Below, one piece after another: positions 23,488 to 36,978 of a stretch of DNA of 47,316 nt; positions within the stretch are counted from its first letter, which is position 1, and each line of letters opens with the position of its first letter. The notes under the pieces were generated by a model. The model worked only from the letters and a program-made list of their open reading frames with translations. It was not told the origin of the DNA and made no database searches. The DNA is taken from contig NMRA01000058.1 in the NCBI GenBank assembly GCA_002633005.1, forward strand, positions 909,726-957,041, in the 5' to 3' direction. A program made the position numbers and the translations under genes. The DNA is from Phoronis australis. Lineage: Eukaryota > Animalia > Phoronida.

Positions 23488-26400
23488 CAGATGAGATAAA
23501 GAACTGTGGACAATTACCACCATTATCACAAGTGTACATAACATACACTTTAGGGTGTAGGGACTTGCTGTTAGTGTACGCGTTTGACAATAGAAAAATG
23601 GTGATGACAAATGACAAAATGGTGCATTTTATTATTTTTCTAAACACTGCTCAAACTTGACAGGTCAAGCAACATCTGAAATATCACCACAGGCCAATTA
23701 CCGAAGACTCCGCACTAGTTGGTTCCCACTTTGTCTGCTACGAAGATGTCAAAACATGTTGTCTGGTTACGTCTGTTGTGGTTTTGTTTGGCTCACTTGC
23801 CCAAAGAGCCTGGATCGATACACAAAAATGCGACTAATGGCTATTGCCATGCTCTAATTATTGCTACAGTAGGAGCCAAAAGTATGGACAAAATGACCCA
23901 GAATTCCCGGTTATGAGGGCTTGGTGGAAGCCAAACTCATCTTCAGAGTAGTCTTCCCTCATGACCGAGAATGAAAAGTATTTAACAGTAGCAAATTTGC
24001 AATTAGAATCTTTCCACCTGATTAGTTATTACCAATCATTTTCTATTTTAACAGATTTGCCGTCATGACAGCGAAAATGGTATTTTGTCCTATTCCTTTT
24101 GTCTTGTAGTGTACATCAGTGACCCAAACAGGTAAAAAGGCACATGAGATTTGGACTGATAACAAGCGCCATCTCATCCAGACCTATTCACAATAATTGG
24201 TGACAATTCTGAAAAATCACAGTTCTTCAAAGAAGAACCAAAGCATTAGGGAGCACATTCAGTAAACCAACATTAAAATTCAAACTACATGCGTTACGAT
24301 TCATAGCTGATGTATTGACTAAATCGAGCAGTTTGCATGTACTATAATTTATATAAGGCATTCACAAAAACTACGGTTGTTTAGTCGAGATTCGGGGAGA
24401 TTTCTGTTAGGTTTGAGACACAGCTTAGCTCATACAGACGAAAAAAGCGTTACATCTTGTGATATCAGGCATCAAAAGTGATAATTTAATATGCTTTTGA
24501 TAACTGGGGTTGATTTCTCCTGCTTTCTTTACTCGTAAATTTATCCGATAAGGTTGGCAAGAGTTTCCTTGGCAACTGTGGCAGTGACTGTCTCTCACCT
24601 ATGCAACCTAATTGTTAAATACCGCATGTGAAATACGAAATTTAATCACTTATGCTACTGCCATTTTCCTGATTTTTTCACAAATACTTTTAGTTAGCAT
24701 TGATTTCAACTTACTACCTAAAGTTTCAAAAGATTTACTAGAACGGTTGTTACCAAACTCCTTTTTTGTGCCCATTCACGGTTCCATTGATTTGCGCAAC
24801 ATGTTACGTGACAGTTCTTGGTGAGCCGATTCGCGGTTGTCTTGCATCAAAACTCTCAATATGACCATTGATGTCTGGTGGAGAAGTCGAAAACGAGGAC
24901 ATTTCATCTGATTTTTAGTCGAGCGGATTTGTGTTCGTATTGCAATATTTCGTAAAAATTATCCAAGTCGGTGGCGCTCGATTATCTTCACCAAATTTGT
25001 CCATTCCATTTTTTAACAATTCTGGACTTGGGCTGTGACCCTTAGTGATTTAAATTCTATAGTTTAGTATTCTGATTTCACTTAAGGTATTCACTTCTTT
25101 GTACTCCAAGTCCCTTGAGGAATGGTCATAGCAAATGGGTTTCTGTTAGGTTAGACTGCACCACTGTCTCAACTGGACTGAGTACAGCGGTAGTCATTAC
25201 ATAGGCCGTCCATACGCCGGACGTTTTTCGGCGAATTGTACCATATACTGATAAAATCATTAAAGTCATGTTGCTATAAGTATCTTTCGCGCATACAAGC
25301 GCCTCTTACGAGGCCGTTGTTGTCTTAGGCCTGGGAACCAATAAGGTTCCTAGATTTAGCTAGCAATACATTATACCTCTTCCCAGCTCGAACAAATACA
25401 CCCACGATCAAACTTTTTTTCAAAAAATCCTTTATCCAGTTTCCCAAAATTAATCGGCAACTGGTCATATTTACAGTGCTCTCACAAGGGGATATCCCCT
25501 GGGGTATGGAGGGACTATGGGATGACCACAGTCTCTAATGGGGTCAGTTGAGACGGTAGTATTGTCTGTATTAAGGCGAACATGACTGGCGGTGATGATT
25601 GGATGAATAGAACTGATGCAGTGTTCCCTAGACGCAATATGTGCTGATGTAACTTGCCTCAAACGTGACTTTCCTATAAAACAATACCAATTGAGCCTTT
25701 TTGTTAGTCTCCTAGCCTTCATCGTTTAATCAACTAGGTGGTATTACAATTCATTCTGGAAGGGCTCAGTAAACTATTTACCTGCCTACCTACCTACCTA
25801 TCCGAGATAGGTCAGAACAGAACGTGAATATCTATCTATGTATCTATCTATCTCCTCGCTTTGGCTTATCGATCGTGTTCATTTCATTTTTAGTTTCCCA
25901 TATTCAGATAACGAGTTTTTTCTAAATAGTTCAAGTTCAGTTCCGCGGACGACGTTGTTAGAATGAAAAAAGTGTGATAAAGGTTTGTTTTCCGTAGATG
26001 GTGAAATGAAACTATTTAGTTTGGGAATATTTTCAAGTGCTTTTCAAATTGTCGCCTTTGTTTCATTTCCTGATGATCGCTGTTGCATATTTGCTTCATT
26101 TTTTACCTAAACACATTGGAAAGTAAAATTAAATGTTCAACTTATTTGTCGAAACGTTAGTGTAATCAATGAAAAAAAAAAATAATTAGATTGCCAAAAC
26201 AAATCTTGAAAATCGTGAGATAGTTTACGCGAACGTTTCTTGAAGTACAAAAAAACTAGGCTACAAACGTAGACGTATAGTACCGATATTTTCCTGGTAT
26301 AAAGCAAGTTCCTCAACTCTTGTAAAGCCATTTCTTAAAAACTTCTGACTTGAGTGTATCATTGTGAGATTTGTCCACTTATGTTAGCGTCCACCAGTAG

Positions 26401-26984
26401 CGAGTTCGGGTGTGACCACGCACACACACACCTTTAATACGCTATGGTCGACTACATTTTGCAATTTACAGGCTAGTACAGAAAAACGTGAAATGTTTAC
26501 TAAATGCATAGGATCGACAATTATGTTTTCGGCAGTAACTCTAGTTGGTGCAACTATTCACCTAAAAGTTCCGAATAAAATATGTTTTAAGGCCACTGTT
26601 TTTGCAAGGTGGCTCCCCTATTTTTTGCGTGGACCCTAAGTTGTAGATTAACATAGCTTAATGGATAAGTCGGCTCTGAGTGCATTGTGTTCAGGTTTAT
26701 TAAGAAAACACCAGTGTCGTTTGCGAAAAGGAGTAGTGTGGACTTGTCTAAAATGTCTAGCTACGCTCCCAAATGTGAAAAACTAGTGTGGGTCACATAA
26801 ATTTGCTTGTTTGATTAATTCAAAAGTATTAAAGTGCAGCCTTACAAAACACAAAATAAATTAAGTTTATTCAATGCAAACACTCATTTTACAGCTTCAG
26901 GAATTTCTCAGGCAAGGCAAAGTAGAATTAATGAAGATTCCCAGGATTCTAGGGCGCGAAAACAATTTTTGCAAAATTAAGTTT

Positions 26985-29900
26985 TTAATCCTCTTTGAAT
27001 TCCTCTCGCACACAATAAAGAGCCTTCTGCATTCGTACAGTGATAGCGTTGACAGCTTTCGTGAACGATTTCGGTTTCTTCTGCCACGTGACACCAAGCA
27101 GATAGACGGGGATTCCCGCAAGAGCTATGATAATACCCATAAGACTCTCTGTCGGACTGTATGTGAACGGCATGACTAGCAGGAAAAAGCAAACCAACAG
27201 GAAGCAGATGGGGAAGAACAGCGACACCTATGGGTAAAATAATACATTGATTTAGAAACTACAAACTGGAGTTTGGTTTTTGCACATACAAAGTTAAAGA
27301 TGCAATTCGCCCTCTTTCGCTTGCTAAAATAAAATCTAATTAGACCGTTCACAATCAAAAATCGAGTATCCTAATATTGCTAACAGAGATAGGATTCTGT
27401 TTCCATTACCAAAAGAAAATCGAAACTATACCTTGATAGGTCGCACCAGATCGGGTTCCTTCCAGCGAAGGTAGAGCAGTCCGCTCACAGACAGAGAGAT
27501 AAACAGCGCCTCCATGAACGTGGCATAGTTGATCAGTGCGTAAACGTCACTCGTACAAAGCATGATCAGCGAGGTAATACCCTGTGCAAAATAAACACCA
27601 AACATGCATTTATAATGCCATAAAACTGCCAAAAGGAAGTTTACGATTTTAAGGAAATGTTTAAAGCAAAAATATCAATTTTTTTTATTTCAGAGCAACC
27701 CACAAAGATTCCCGAATCGTGCAATGTCATTAAATGCACTTGTTTAGGAATTTTAAAACACGTGAACATACTTAAACTAGTTTCTGGTAAATTGAAAAAT
27801 GTGATCCACGAATTGAATTTTCAAAGTAAGAAAAATGGTACCTACGCTAAATATGAGGGAAGGCACAGGCGTAAAGTATTTGGTGTTGATCATGGCCAAC
27901 GCACCGGGCAGGTTACCGTGACGAGCGCCCACAAAGAACAGTCTGGAAAACAGAAAATCTCACTGGAGGACAGCTAGTGACTTGTGCTGTACATGTACAT
28001 AATCAATTACCTTATAAGGAAGGTAGAATGAAAACAGTAAAGTCAATTGGGAAGTTAAAAAAGCACCACACTCAAACATGTTTTGTTGAAGACTTGACTA
28101 AACAAAGGAGATAACATTCGTTTATTACCTAATAATAACAATGAAAATGAGGATTTTGCATACTCGGGTTCGAGGTATTTCAAACACTTAAAATGCAAAG
28201 ACACCAAGGTTCTAACCTGGACGAACAAAGAACGCCGCCATTCAAGGCACCAAAGGTGGAACAAGCGACAAACACGGGCATAATCCAAGACATAACACCA
28301 AGGGTCTTGTCGCTGAACGTCTGCAAAACAAAAATGATGTGAGAGAAGACCTGTAGTTTCAGCCAGTCGTGAACTTTGCCATTCTGAGGACACCTTCATT
28401 TCAAACATGTTATTGCTTGTAATCACAAAGGAGGTTGGGGTATGGACAAACCAGGCGCGCATTGTCTAGAGTAAGTCTCTTGTGAGTTTGTCGAAATCAC
28501 GCGCTACTATGTGACTGAAGCACCAGTAAGTTCGCGAACTCACTGAGAAAAAACGCAGTTTCAACGACTGAGGTTTGGAAGGCGGGTCTGCAATGTTCAA
28601 TTATGTAAAGCAACTCACTTATTCCTTTCCATTAGCCAATATTTTAAACAGCAAGTGTCTCTAGACTGGCGTTGCGGAACACGCCATTGCTTACCCTAAC
28701 CTACAAGGAAACATAGTTACCACGGCAACGGCGCTTGAGTCTAACATCTCAAGAGGTGTAAGCACTGCGAAGTAAGACACATTAGCCAAGATGTAAACGA
28801 TCGTCACTAGAGGCATAGAGATCCAGATGGCGCGCGGCAGATTCCTAAAAACGAGCGGTACCTTAACAGTTGTCTGAACTTCAAACAACTGGGACAAATT
28901 ATGACAAATTTTCGGATTAGATCTTGGAAGATCTAATCGGATAATTTGTCAAAAGTTTTTAATCCAAAAGTTCATCTTAAATACAGACAAAATGGCTTTA
29001 ATGGTCAAGGCCATCGTCGTTCTTACTTAAATAATAATAATAATTGACACTTTATTGCTAAGCTGGCTCACGGCAAATTGCACTGTATCAAAATGAAGAA
29101 TATCCAAATTCAAACTAAAATTAATAAAATGTTTCATGGGGAAACAAGTGACAGAAGTTATCAGTATATTATGTTAACAAATCGATCCAACTTTGTTTCT
29201 ATACTTGGTCCATATCACCAAAAGTCGTTCGACAGGTCGCATCTACAATGCAGGAGAGTCCCAAGCACGTGAACATGAGGCTGCGTTTTCAAAACGAGGA
29301 AATGTTCGTACTGACGCACACTCGGCCATTGTCAATATTCAAATTTAATGACTCCTTTATGAAATACCTTGAGTGAACTGTGTACCGGTAAAATCGAAAT
29401 CAATGCGGTATTGCAACCTTCCATAAAACGACCATGTTTAATATGGAAATGCATGTAAATATGGGTTCACTAAATGATATAGATTTGATGGATGATGAAC
29501 AACTTTCCGTTCAACTGACCTAAGTGTTTGACGTTTAAAGACACGTGGATAAACATGCAATAAATGTAAAGACTTACTTGTGTGGTTCTTTTAACTCCTC
29601 GGTTAAAAAGTTTAAATAGGTCCTAAAATTAAAAATAATAATCAAGCACTGTGACTGTACTATTTTAACAGTAGAACATATAAAGCGATCGCTCTTATAT
29701 GGTTGGATATCCACTACACATGCAACCGTAAACCCTGACCTGGCATAGTAAACAAGCAAATGGACACTAGGTATCAACACTATTTTACTGGGATACCAGC
29801 CTTTATAAGAATCTGCGCTGAAAATAACAGTGCTGGAGATATTAATCTTTATCTGTGCTGTTAAAATAATAATAAATGGCCATTTCAAATATGAAAATAC

Positions 29901-32900
29901 ACCTCCCTGATTAAATAACTTCCGTTAGCAAAGAAACGTCGCTAGACTATCGTCAAAATTCAATCTACGACTTATTTGTTGCTGCGCAAAAGATTGCCTA
30001 CATTGCGATTGTAACTTCATGCCTCACGTGCCACTTACCATCCGGAATAGGAGAACCACCCGGAGTAAAACGCAAGCGCAATGGCGCCAACTTTAGTGGA
30101 CGAACCCTCGAAGACCACATCCGCATTCAGATTATGTGTATGGCCTGCAAGTATTTAAAAGTTGGTCTCATTCAGCAAAAATTCCTCCTTTACCTGTAGT
30201 TCACATGGGCGCACCCAGCGTTCGATATAGGGGGGCTCGAATTCCCGACGTTGTGCACCATTTGCTAAAAGAGCGGGCGGACTAAAAAAAAACGGGGCAC
30301 CTCTGTGGATTGCGCCTTCGCCCTTATTTAGTGGGTTTTTGTCCCATTTTCTCGGTCTTTTTGTCTCTTGAGGGCGGACCTTTGTGCCCACTTTCCCCAA
30401 TTGGGGGGCTCGTTCGATTCCCCCGAGCCCCCCTAGCCTTTACCCAGGATTTTGAAATTAGGGTGTCCAAAATGGGTTTCCCAATATTCCAGTGCGTCCA
30501 TGATTACGAAGCGTAGCCCCCCAACACCACAGATTTTTTTACAAAAAATGCATAGACCAAGCTGTTTTTACATATAAGTTTACAAAACAGCCTACTGTAG
30601 TGAGCATTTTTACTAAAAAATCTGTAGACCAAGACTTACAATGCTATCAACCAAGTATAGTATGAGCATAGCAACATTTTACATACTTTCTATATACATT
30701 GTATATTTTTCCTGCTTTGAAAAAGAGCCCCTACTGTGAGCCCTCAGAGGCTTCCTAGTATTCATTACAATGTGTGAGTCCAAACTTGAAAGGTTCCTAT
30801 TGACAGTGGGCGTCCAAATGATACATTGGGCGTCCTTGCCAGGGCGTCCAGATTAGTGCTAGGGCGTCCAAATGGACGTACGCTGCATAAAGGCACCCCC
30901 CCCCCTGGGTGCGCGCATGGTTCACTGGATAACAACTACATGACGGCACACGTGACGCGCAGTAAACAAAGTAATAATTCATGGAAAGCCACAGTAGATA
31001 AAGCGGATGTCAGGTCGTTGTCGGGCTGGAACAAACAAGACAAGGTTGTAACTTGTAACCCACATAGTTTGCATACGCCCTGGTAAATCTACTGCCGTTT
31101 ACATATAAGCTTTGGTCGCTATTTCGATCGCTACTTTAATACCAATGCAAATTTTTTATTCAAATTCCACCTATAATCGCCGCTTCGCCAGCTTTTAAAT
31201 GTATAGTTGGATCAGGGAGATACATATTTCGGAAAAACGATGGAAAGCGATGCTCGTTCTCAACTCAGCATGACTAAGTAATTCACTGTAGAACGCCTGG
31301 GTTCGAAAGCCTTTGAAACTCTTAACTTTGACTTACACCTAACGTCAGGGACGATTTAAAGAAACATATTCAATCAAATAATCGCCATTTATCAACACAG
31401 CTCTCGCCTTCGACCATCGACTTGAGAACGCCTCGCTCGTAACACTAAAAATTACAATTTCCAATGGGAGAACTTAAGTCGTGGACTGCATCCGAAAAGC
31501 GACTGGGCTAAGTCCATTTCCACCACATACCCCGGCGTCAAGTTTCGGCAACACACGTCAAGTCGTTTCGCTGGTGACTGACAGACATGGAATTTCTAAT
31601 CGAAAACTAAAGCCGCTAACTGGGGGTACCAAGGTAGTCGAATCCTTTCGAAAATCAACATGAGTGCTGGCGCACCCCAGCCAGGTAACTCTGTGTAAAT
31701 TTCACCATTATTGGTCTAAGGATTTTCGAGATAATCAACGCACAAGCAAAGGTTACGATGGACGGACGGACGGAATGATGATAACATGCGACCGAAAATT
31801 AACAACAGTTGCTGTGGCGAATTTGAAGATAGCAAACGAAAAACTTGAAACAAACACATGAGTGGTTAAAACAGAGATTGTAAGAACATGCTTTTGTTAG
31901 ACGCTCGGCGAGGCGATGAAAATGGTAAGGTGAAGAAATACAATACTTACCCATGCATAGTCGGACTATTCCAGTGATAATGATAATAACCAAAGCCAAC
32001 AATTTGGTGATCGTGAAAATGTCCTGGACCTTTGCGGCTAGTCTTACATTCCAACAGTTCACTGCCGTCAAAAATACTGAAAACAAAGCCATTGGTAGAT
32101 TAGAAATAACCGAAGACGATTTCTTTCAACATTCGATCAACTCATTCCGCAAAAGAAAAATGTTTCAAGACATAATTAGCGTTTTGTACACAAATGAGTG
32201 AGCACATGGACAAGATGCCCTTTCGTAAACACAATTGAAATGACTCGCGGCGTTATCCGGTTATTCACTGCAATCCAGCAAGCAAAATAAAAATGAAAAG
32301 CCCTATTCGTTTTTAATAATGGTTATTCAATGCATACCGATGTTAAAAAAATTGATTGTTCTTGGTGGCAATTGGTTTTGACGAAAGAGCGAATTTCGCG
32401 AAATGAATGTCGAAACGTGGGATACCCGCGAAAGTCAGTAACGCACAAGAATTTTCAGAACACCGAAATGCCAAGAGACTGACACAAAAAATGATTTGGC
32501 TTCTGTTAATAATAAAAATAATCATTCCCAAAGAAATCGCTACCAAACTTCACAAAGCAGAACTGCTGCGAGTGGATGGCATTTCTACCAAATTACAGAA
32601 ATAGTGTTGAGTTGTTCCCGGTGTATTGCCCATTTTTAAAGTCGTTATCACCAATGTCCTAACGTTAAAACATCACAATTCAACACATGCGAGTTTGCTT
32701 TTCCAAAGCAACGTTACCGAGTTGTTAACGTCATTTATATTTGTTCAAACTGGTTACAATCCACAGCATGGAATTTCCCCTGAAACTAAGACGACCTGAC
32801 AAAGCAAATTCTTAAGCCTGGTGTGAGACAATAACCCCGTCAGTTCTTTGCAAGTGAAAAGATCCACCGTTTTGCTGCAAGCACACTCGCAGGGGTAGGG

Positions 32901-35281
32901 TCAAGTTAATGATCACTCGACTATCTTCGCCGAGGAATATATAGCTGACTTTTGAAGTGACTCAACGCTGTTTGGGCTACTTGTATAGACCTGGTCTTTC
33001 GAATAAACATATACATGTAGAGCAGATGCAAAGGGTGGTCCTTATTACATTCCAACTAAAGGGAGCAATAATATCTAGATAACTTAAAATAGACTCCAAA
33101 AACAGCAATGGTCTCATCAACAGAAACACACCTGCCAACTTTCATAGTGATTCTTCATGTAGTTTGGAGGATTGAGAGGCGGACGACAGAGAACAGACTA
33201 AAAAAAAATAAGTAGGCCACCAGGATAAAACAGGCTGAAACGTGGCAGATGCTGTCGCGTACATGGTATCAACTTATTTGCCATAAAAAACTTGGAAAAT
33301 ATTATGGCAAACTCAAAGAAAACTAAATTGTCGGATTTGTCCCAAAGTCCACATACTTTGTACACTCCTCGAAAAGTACACATACCAACTTTCATGAACA
33401 TCCGTAAAGGAAATTGGTGGTCATTGATCTACCAAAATTGTCATTAGGGGCACCACAGCAATCCGACACGCCCAAAAATCATCGTTGGCAATTTCCGTAA
33501 CGATCCGTAAAGAGGTGTAGCCGATAGAGAGGCGGACGCCAAAAAACAAACAAGAAAATAATGAAAATGACCATTCGGTGACCCAAAATACGTCGAATTC
33601 ATCCGAATAGAAAGGTGCCATCGTCTCTTTTGGTGGCACTGTTCAGTTAAGATTGTCGCCGCTGTCCCTAGATATTAAATATTTGGGGTAGGCCAGGTTT
33701 GGCGGCATTAGGTTCAGTATCCCAAGTCTCACGTCATACTCGAAAATAGTGTAACACTTTAATATACATGTATATGAGCAGAGATGAACATTGGTTGAGT
33801 AGTTTGCAGTATACACAGGGCTTGGAATGACTAATAACAAAAAAGAGGAAATTTTTCAAGGCGATGCATCGTTCCACAATTAAATAGGCTTGTGTGATAT
33901 AAATATTTTTGTGTTGTAAGATTTAACGGAGACAAACGTTTTTGCATGAACAAAGTCAAAACAATGACAAAAAGAGACGAAAAAAGAGGAAACTGGAAAT
34001 CAAATAAGAGGAAATCGAAAAAAAGACGAATTCCTATTAAAAGAAGAAAATTTCTAGCACTGTATACAGCTGGAAGATTCGTGAATAGTTGGCCACAATT
34101 CAGAGGGTTGAGAAGGGTCGCGTCATGCAGCGTGTGGCAGGCTTTGAGAAACATGATTAAATGTACACTATTGTACAAAAACAAGCTAATGAAATAGGTT
34201 CACAATGTTTTTGTTCACATCACCACCATAATCCGATCGTGATGAATAGTTACCTCCATATTGTTTCACTTTATACTTGTTTATTCAGAAGTATATTTAT
34301 TGTGACGTCTGCACAATTTAGTAGGTACAAGCTGAATACATAGACGCAGCAAATCACCGCACACATTATGCCAAACGCAATACATCACGGAAGTTTTAAT
34401 TAATCGAGCCTACAATTTCTTTGCCCCAAGCCACACAAATATACTATTTAAAATGGTGCTCTAAAAGCAGTGCGATATACTTGTTGGTTATCGTCTGTTC
34501 ACACAACACGCCATCACGGCACAGACAAGACTAGTACCTATGATACGAGGATCAATGAATCCATCTGTGTAAATAATATTATCACGCCTAGAGCACAACC
34601 CAGACACGTGTTCGAATTCGGTTAAAACATTTCGCAGTTAAATTTCCACTTTACTTACCCATCAATAAACAAGGTTTCTACGAGATCTATTTTCATTTTG
34701 TAACACACAACTCAACGTAAATTTGTTAACATCATTGAATGAACAAAATAACGCAGGTTACCAGCAAAAAAACTTGTTCTCAACTTACTGATGGCGACAG
34801 CCGCAAGAAGGGTGATGGGTACTTCCGGTACGTCGCAGTCTGGGAACAACGGTTTGAGAATGTAGTTGGCAAACACAAGTGCAATTGCGGCATTCGCGGC
34901 GGGGAACACACAAACCAACATCACCCACAAAAACAGGAATCCGGGTAGGTTACCATAGGCTTTGCGTAAGTACGCATAATCTGCTCCCGACTCTAAGATT
35001 GAGCTTCCGAGCTCCGCATAGCAAGTGGCTCCTATAGCGGCGATGAAACCACATAGCGTCCAAACTATCAACGAGAGTCCAACCGAGCCCGACTCTATGA
35101 GGACTCCCTTGGGAGACACAAAAATACCACTACCGATGATACCGCCGACGATAATGGCAACGCCGTTTAACAAACTCAGTTCCTTCTTCAGAACGATTCT
35201 AGATCCGCCGGATTCCGAAGAGTTATCCTGGTAGCCACTGTCGGAATTTCCGTTGTCTTCTTTGCGACCCTCCGCGTCCAT
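26985..35281 (-). CDS. SLC7-family L-type / heteromeric amino acid transporter light chain (LAT1/LAT2/y+LAT-like), 495 aa. Exons: 35281-34789, 32076-31951, 30144-30039, 29622-29578, 28844-28721, 28320-28217, 27942-27846, 27581-27432, 27227-26985.
   Basis: Motifs [52 protein letters not shown] (heavy-chain disulfide Cys), [42 protein letters not shown] and LRWKEPD..RPIKV. The nine GT-AG exons sum to 1488 nt in frame. The exact vertebrate orthologue cannot be assigned. Confidence 0.94.
30204..30919. mobile_element. Non-autonomous DNA transposon with CATG termini and 5-bp TSD (GTTCA)
   Basis: GTTCA|CATGGGCGCACCCAG ... CTGGGTGCGCGCATG|GTTCA. G/C-run subterminal sequence is shared with 40662-40810. 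Confidence 0.85.
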
Positions 35282-35573
35282 GCCTGTCTGGGTATGAATC
35301 CACAACTAGATTGCCTGCAAATCATGTCAGGAATAGTAACAACGTATATGTACTATAATAGACAGGAAATATGTCATTCAAACAACGGGCAACATGTGGG
35401 TGATTACGAAACACAAAACTTGACGCCCGCGACACTCAAGCGTCCAGGTGTTGTCTATTTGAGGATATTGTTCCTACTCATGATTGAAAACCGTCAGCTA
35501 AAGCACAGAATTTTTATCTGAAGGAGAGCCAGTGGTACGAAATATTCGCAATACCTGCAAACATAAATGTTAC

Positions 35574-35617
35574 CGCGCACGCGCGCACGTGTGTGTGCAT
35601 ATGTGTGTGCGTGCGTG
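35574..35617. repeat. Alternating purine-pyrimidine tract (CG/CA/TG), 44 bp
   Basis: cgcgcacgcgcgcacgtgtgtgtgcatatgtgtgtgcgtgcgtg. Confidence 0.85.
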
Positions 35618-35840
35618 GAACAAACAAACCTACCACGAGCCAGTACTACAATGCACACGCCCGAGCAACCGCTGCACATTTCATGAGTTATAGTTAAGAA
35701 TAAATAATTTTTTATCACCTACATGATGTCGATCACAACGCCATTATGCAAATAATGTTTTCATGCAAAAAATGAAAATAAACGCCTCGCTGAAATCGAC
35801 GCAAGTTCGAGAAGGTCCACCGATTAACATGAAAACAAGT

Positions 35841-35922
35841 AACTTACACATTCAGCCAGGTTCGAGAATGTAGAGTGAACTTACACATTCAGCCAGAGAT
35901 TCGAAAATATAAAGTGAACTTA
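35841..35922. repeat. ~38-bp tandem duplication (AACTTACACATTCAGCCAG...GTG) x2
   Basis: Read directly from the sequence. Confidence 0.8.
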
Positions 35923-35949
35923 GAACTGTTCAATTTTCGATGTGGCTTT

Positions 35950-36978
35950 CAGGGACAAAACGCATTTGTAGAGAACAATAACCAATTGTTGATAAAAAAG
36001 CTGTCGTCGATACCGGGCTATTTTTAGAATCTGGCCTGTGGGACATGGCACGGAGGTTGATACAACCGGCTGCTTTGTTCGTACCAGCGACGGCCTGAGG
36101 ATAGGACATATTCGCAAAAGAAATACTACCGGTCGGATGCAAAGAAAACTGAACGAGACTTAAAACGCGTTAAATCTGGCTACTAAGTTGAAACGTCATG
36201 TACTCAAGGGATTGCGGGAAAGCGGTCATCCAAAGCAGGGCCCCTAGTAGGCGGTGGAACATCCTGTCTATTCTGAACGCAGACAAGTAATATTTTTGAA
36301 GGTATGGCCAGGTTTGGCGGCAGTTTTGAGATGTGTACATTACAAGTAGGTTCAGTGAATGTGCTTTGATGAGTTTGAAAACCTGCTGAGAACGAGAAAA
36401 GTCCACCAGTTCGGGTGTAGATACACTTTTGTTCAAAATGACGGCCCCCTGTACGTGCTGTAGCTTTGGTGCATTGTTGCTCAATGACCAATGAACCTGC
36501 TGCATAGGCAGCCCTCAAATAACCCGAAATTGCAAAAATATGATTGGTCGGAAGCAGTCCTTTTAGACAGTTTCTGAAACTGGCTGGAGGCGAAAACACC
36601 GAATGCCGAATGCCCGAAAAATTGCACCGCTCTCCTTGAAGCGGTTCCTCATGGTTGTAACAACATCGTCAGTTTCTCATTTTTCAGAAGAGGCAGGCTC
36701 ATCCAATGCTTGTTCAATTCACCATCCACGACTTTTCGTCGTTTGATTCTCGAACCCTTCCATTTGATTACGCCTTTAAATAAAATCTCCTTTGATGTCT
36801 TTGAGTATTTTGTGTGGATATTGGCGTAGCTTTTGTAACTGTTCAACTGCACTACGACATACAGGTAACAACATAGCATGGGCGAAGTCCTTGAGAACAC
36901 ATTGGAGCCTAGGCATTGATTCAAATGTCACGATTGCACGAAGACTTTTCGAAACAGATAGGATGTGCATTGCCTGAA
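35950..36978 (-). pseudogene. Degenerate C-terminal half of a hAT transposase
   Basis: Frameshifted fragments ending QILKIA / PVSTTA, which resemble the hAT dimerization-domain LKIALTLPVSTA motif. Same strand as, and downstream of, the N-terminal half at 39230-40400. Confidence 0.5.

Noticed and set aside
31360-33640. Further HINE-like fragments ((GACG)n at ~31760; diverged units at 33040-33640)
   Set aside because: Probably repeats, but the boundaries and family could not be established by eye.
33946-34197. Lys/Arg-rich ORF
   Set aside because: A-rich intronic sequence antisense to the SLC7 gene; a compositional artefact.
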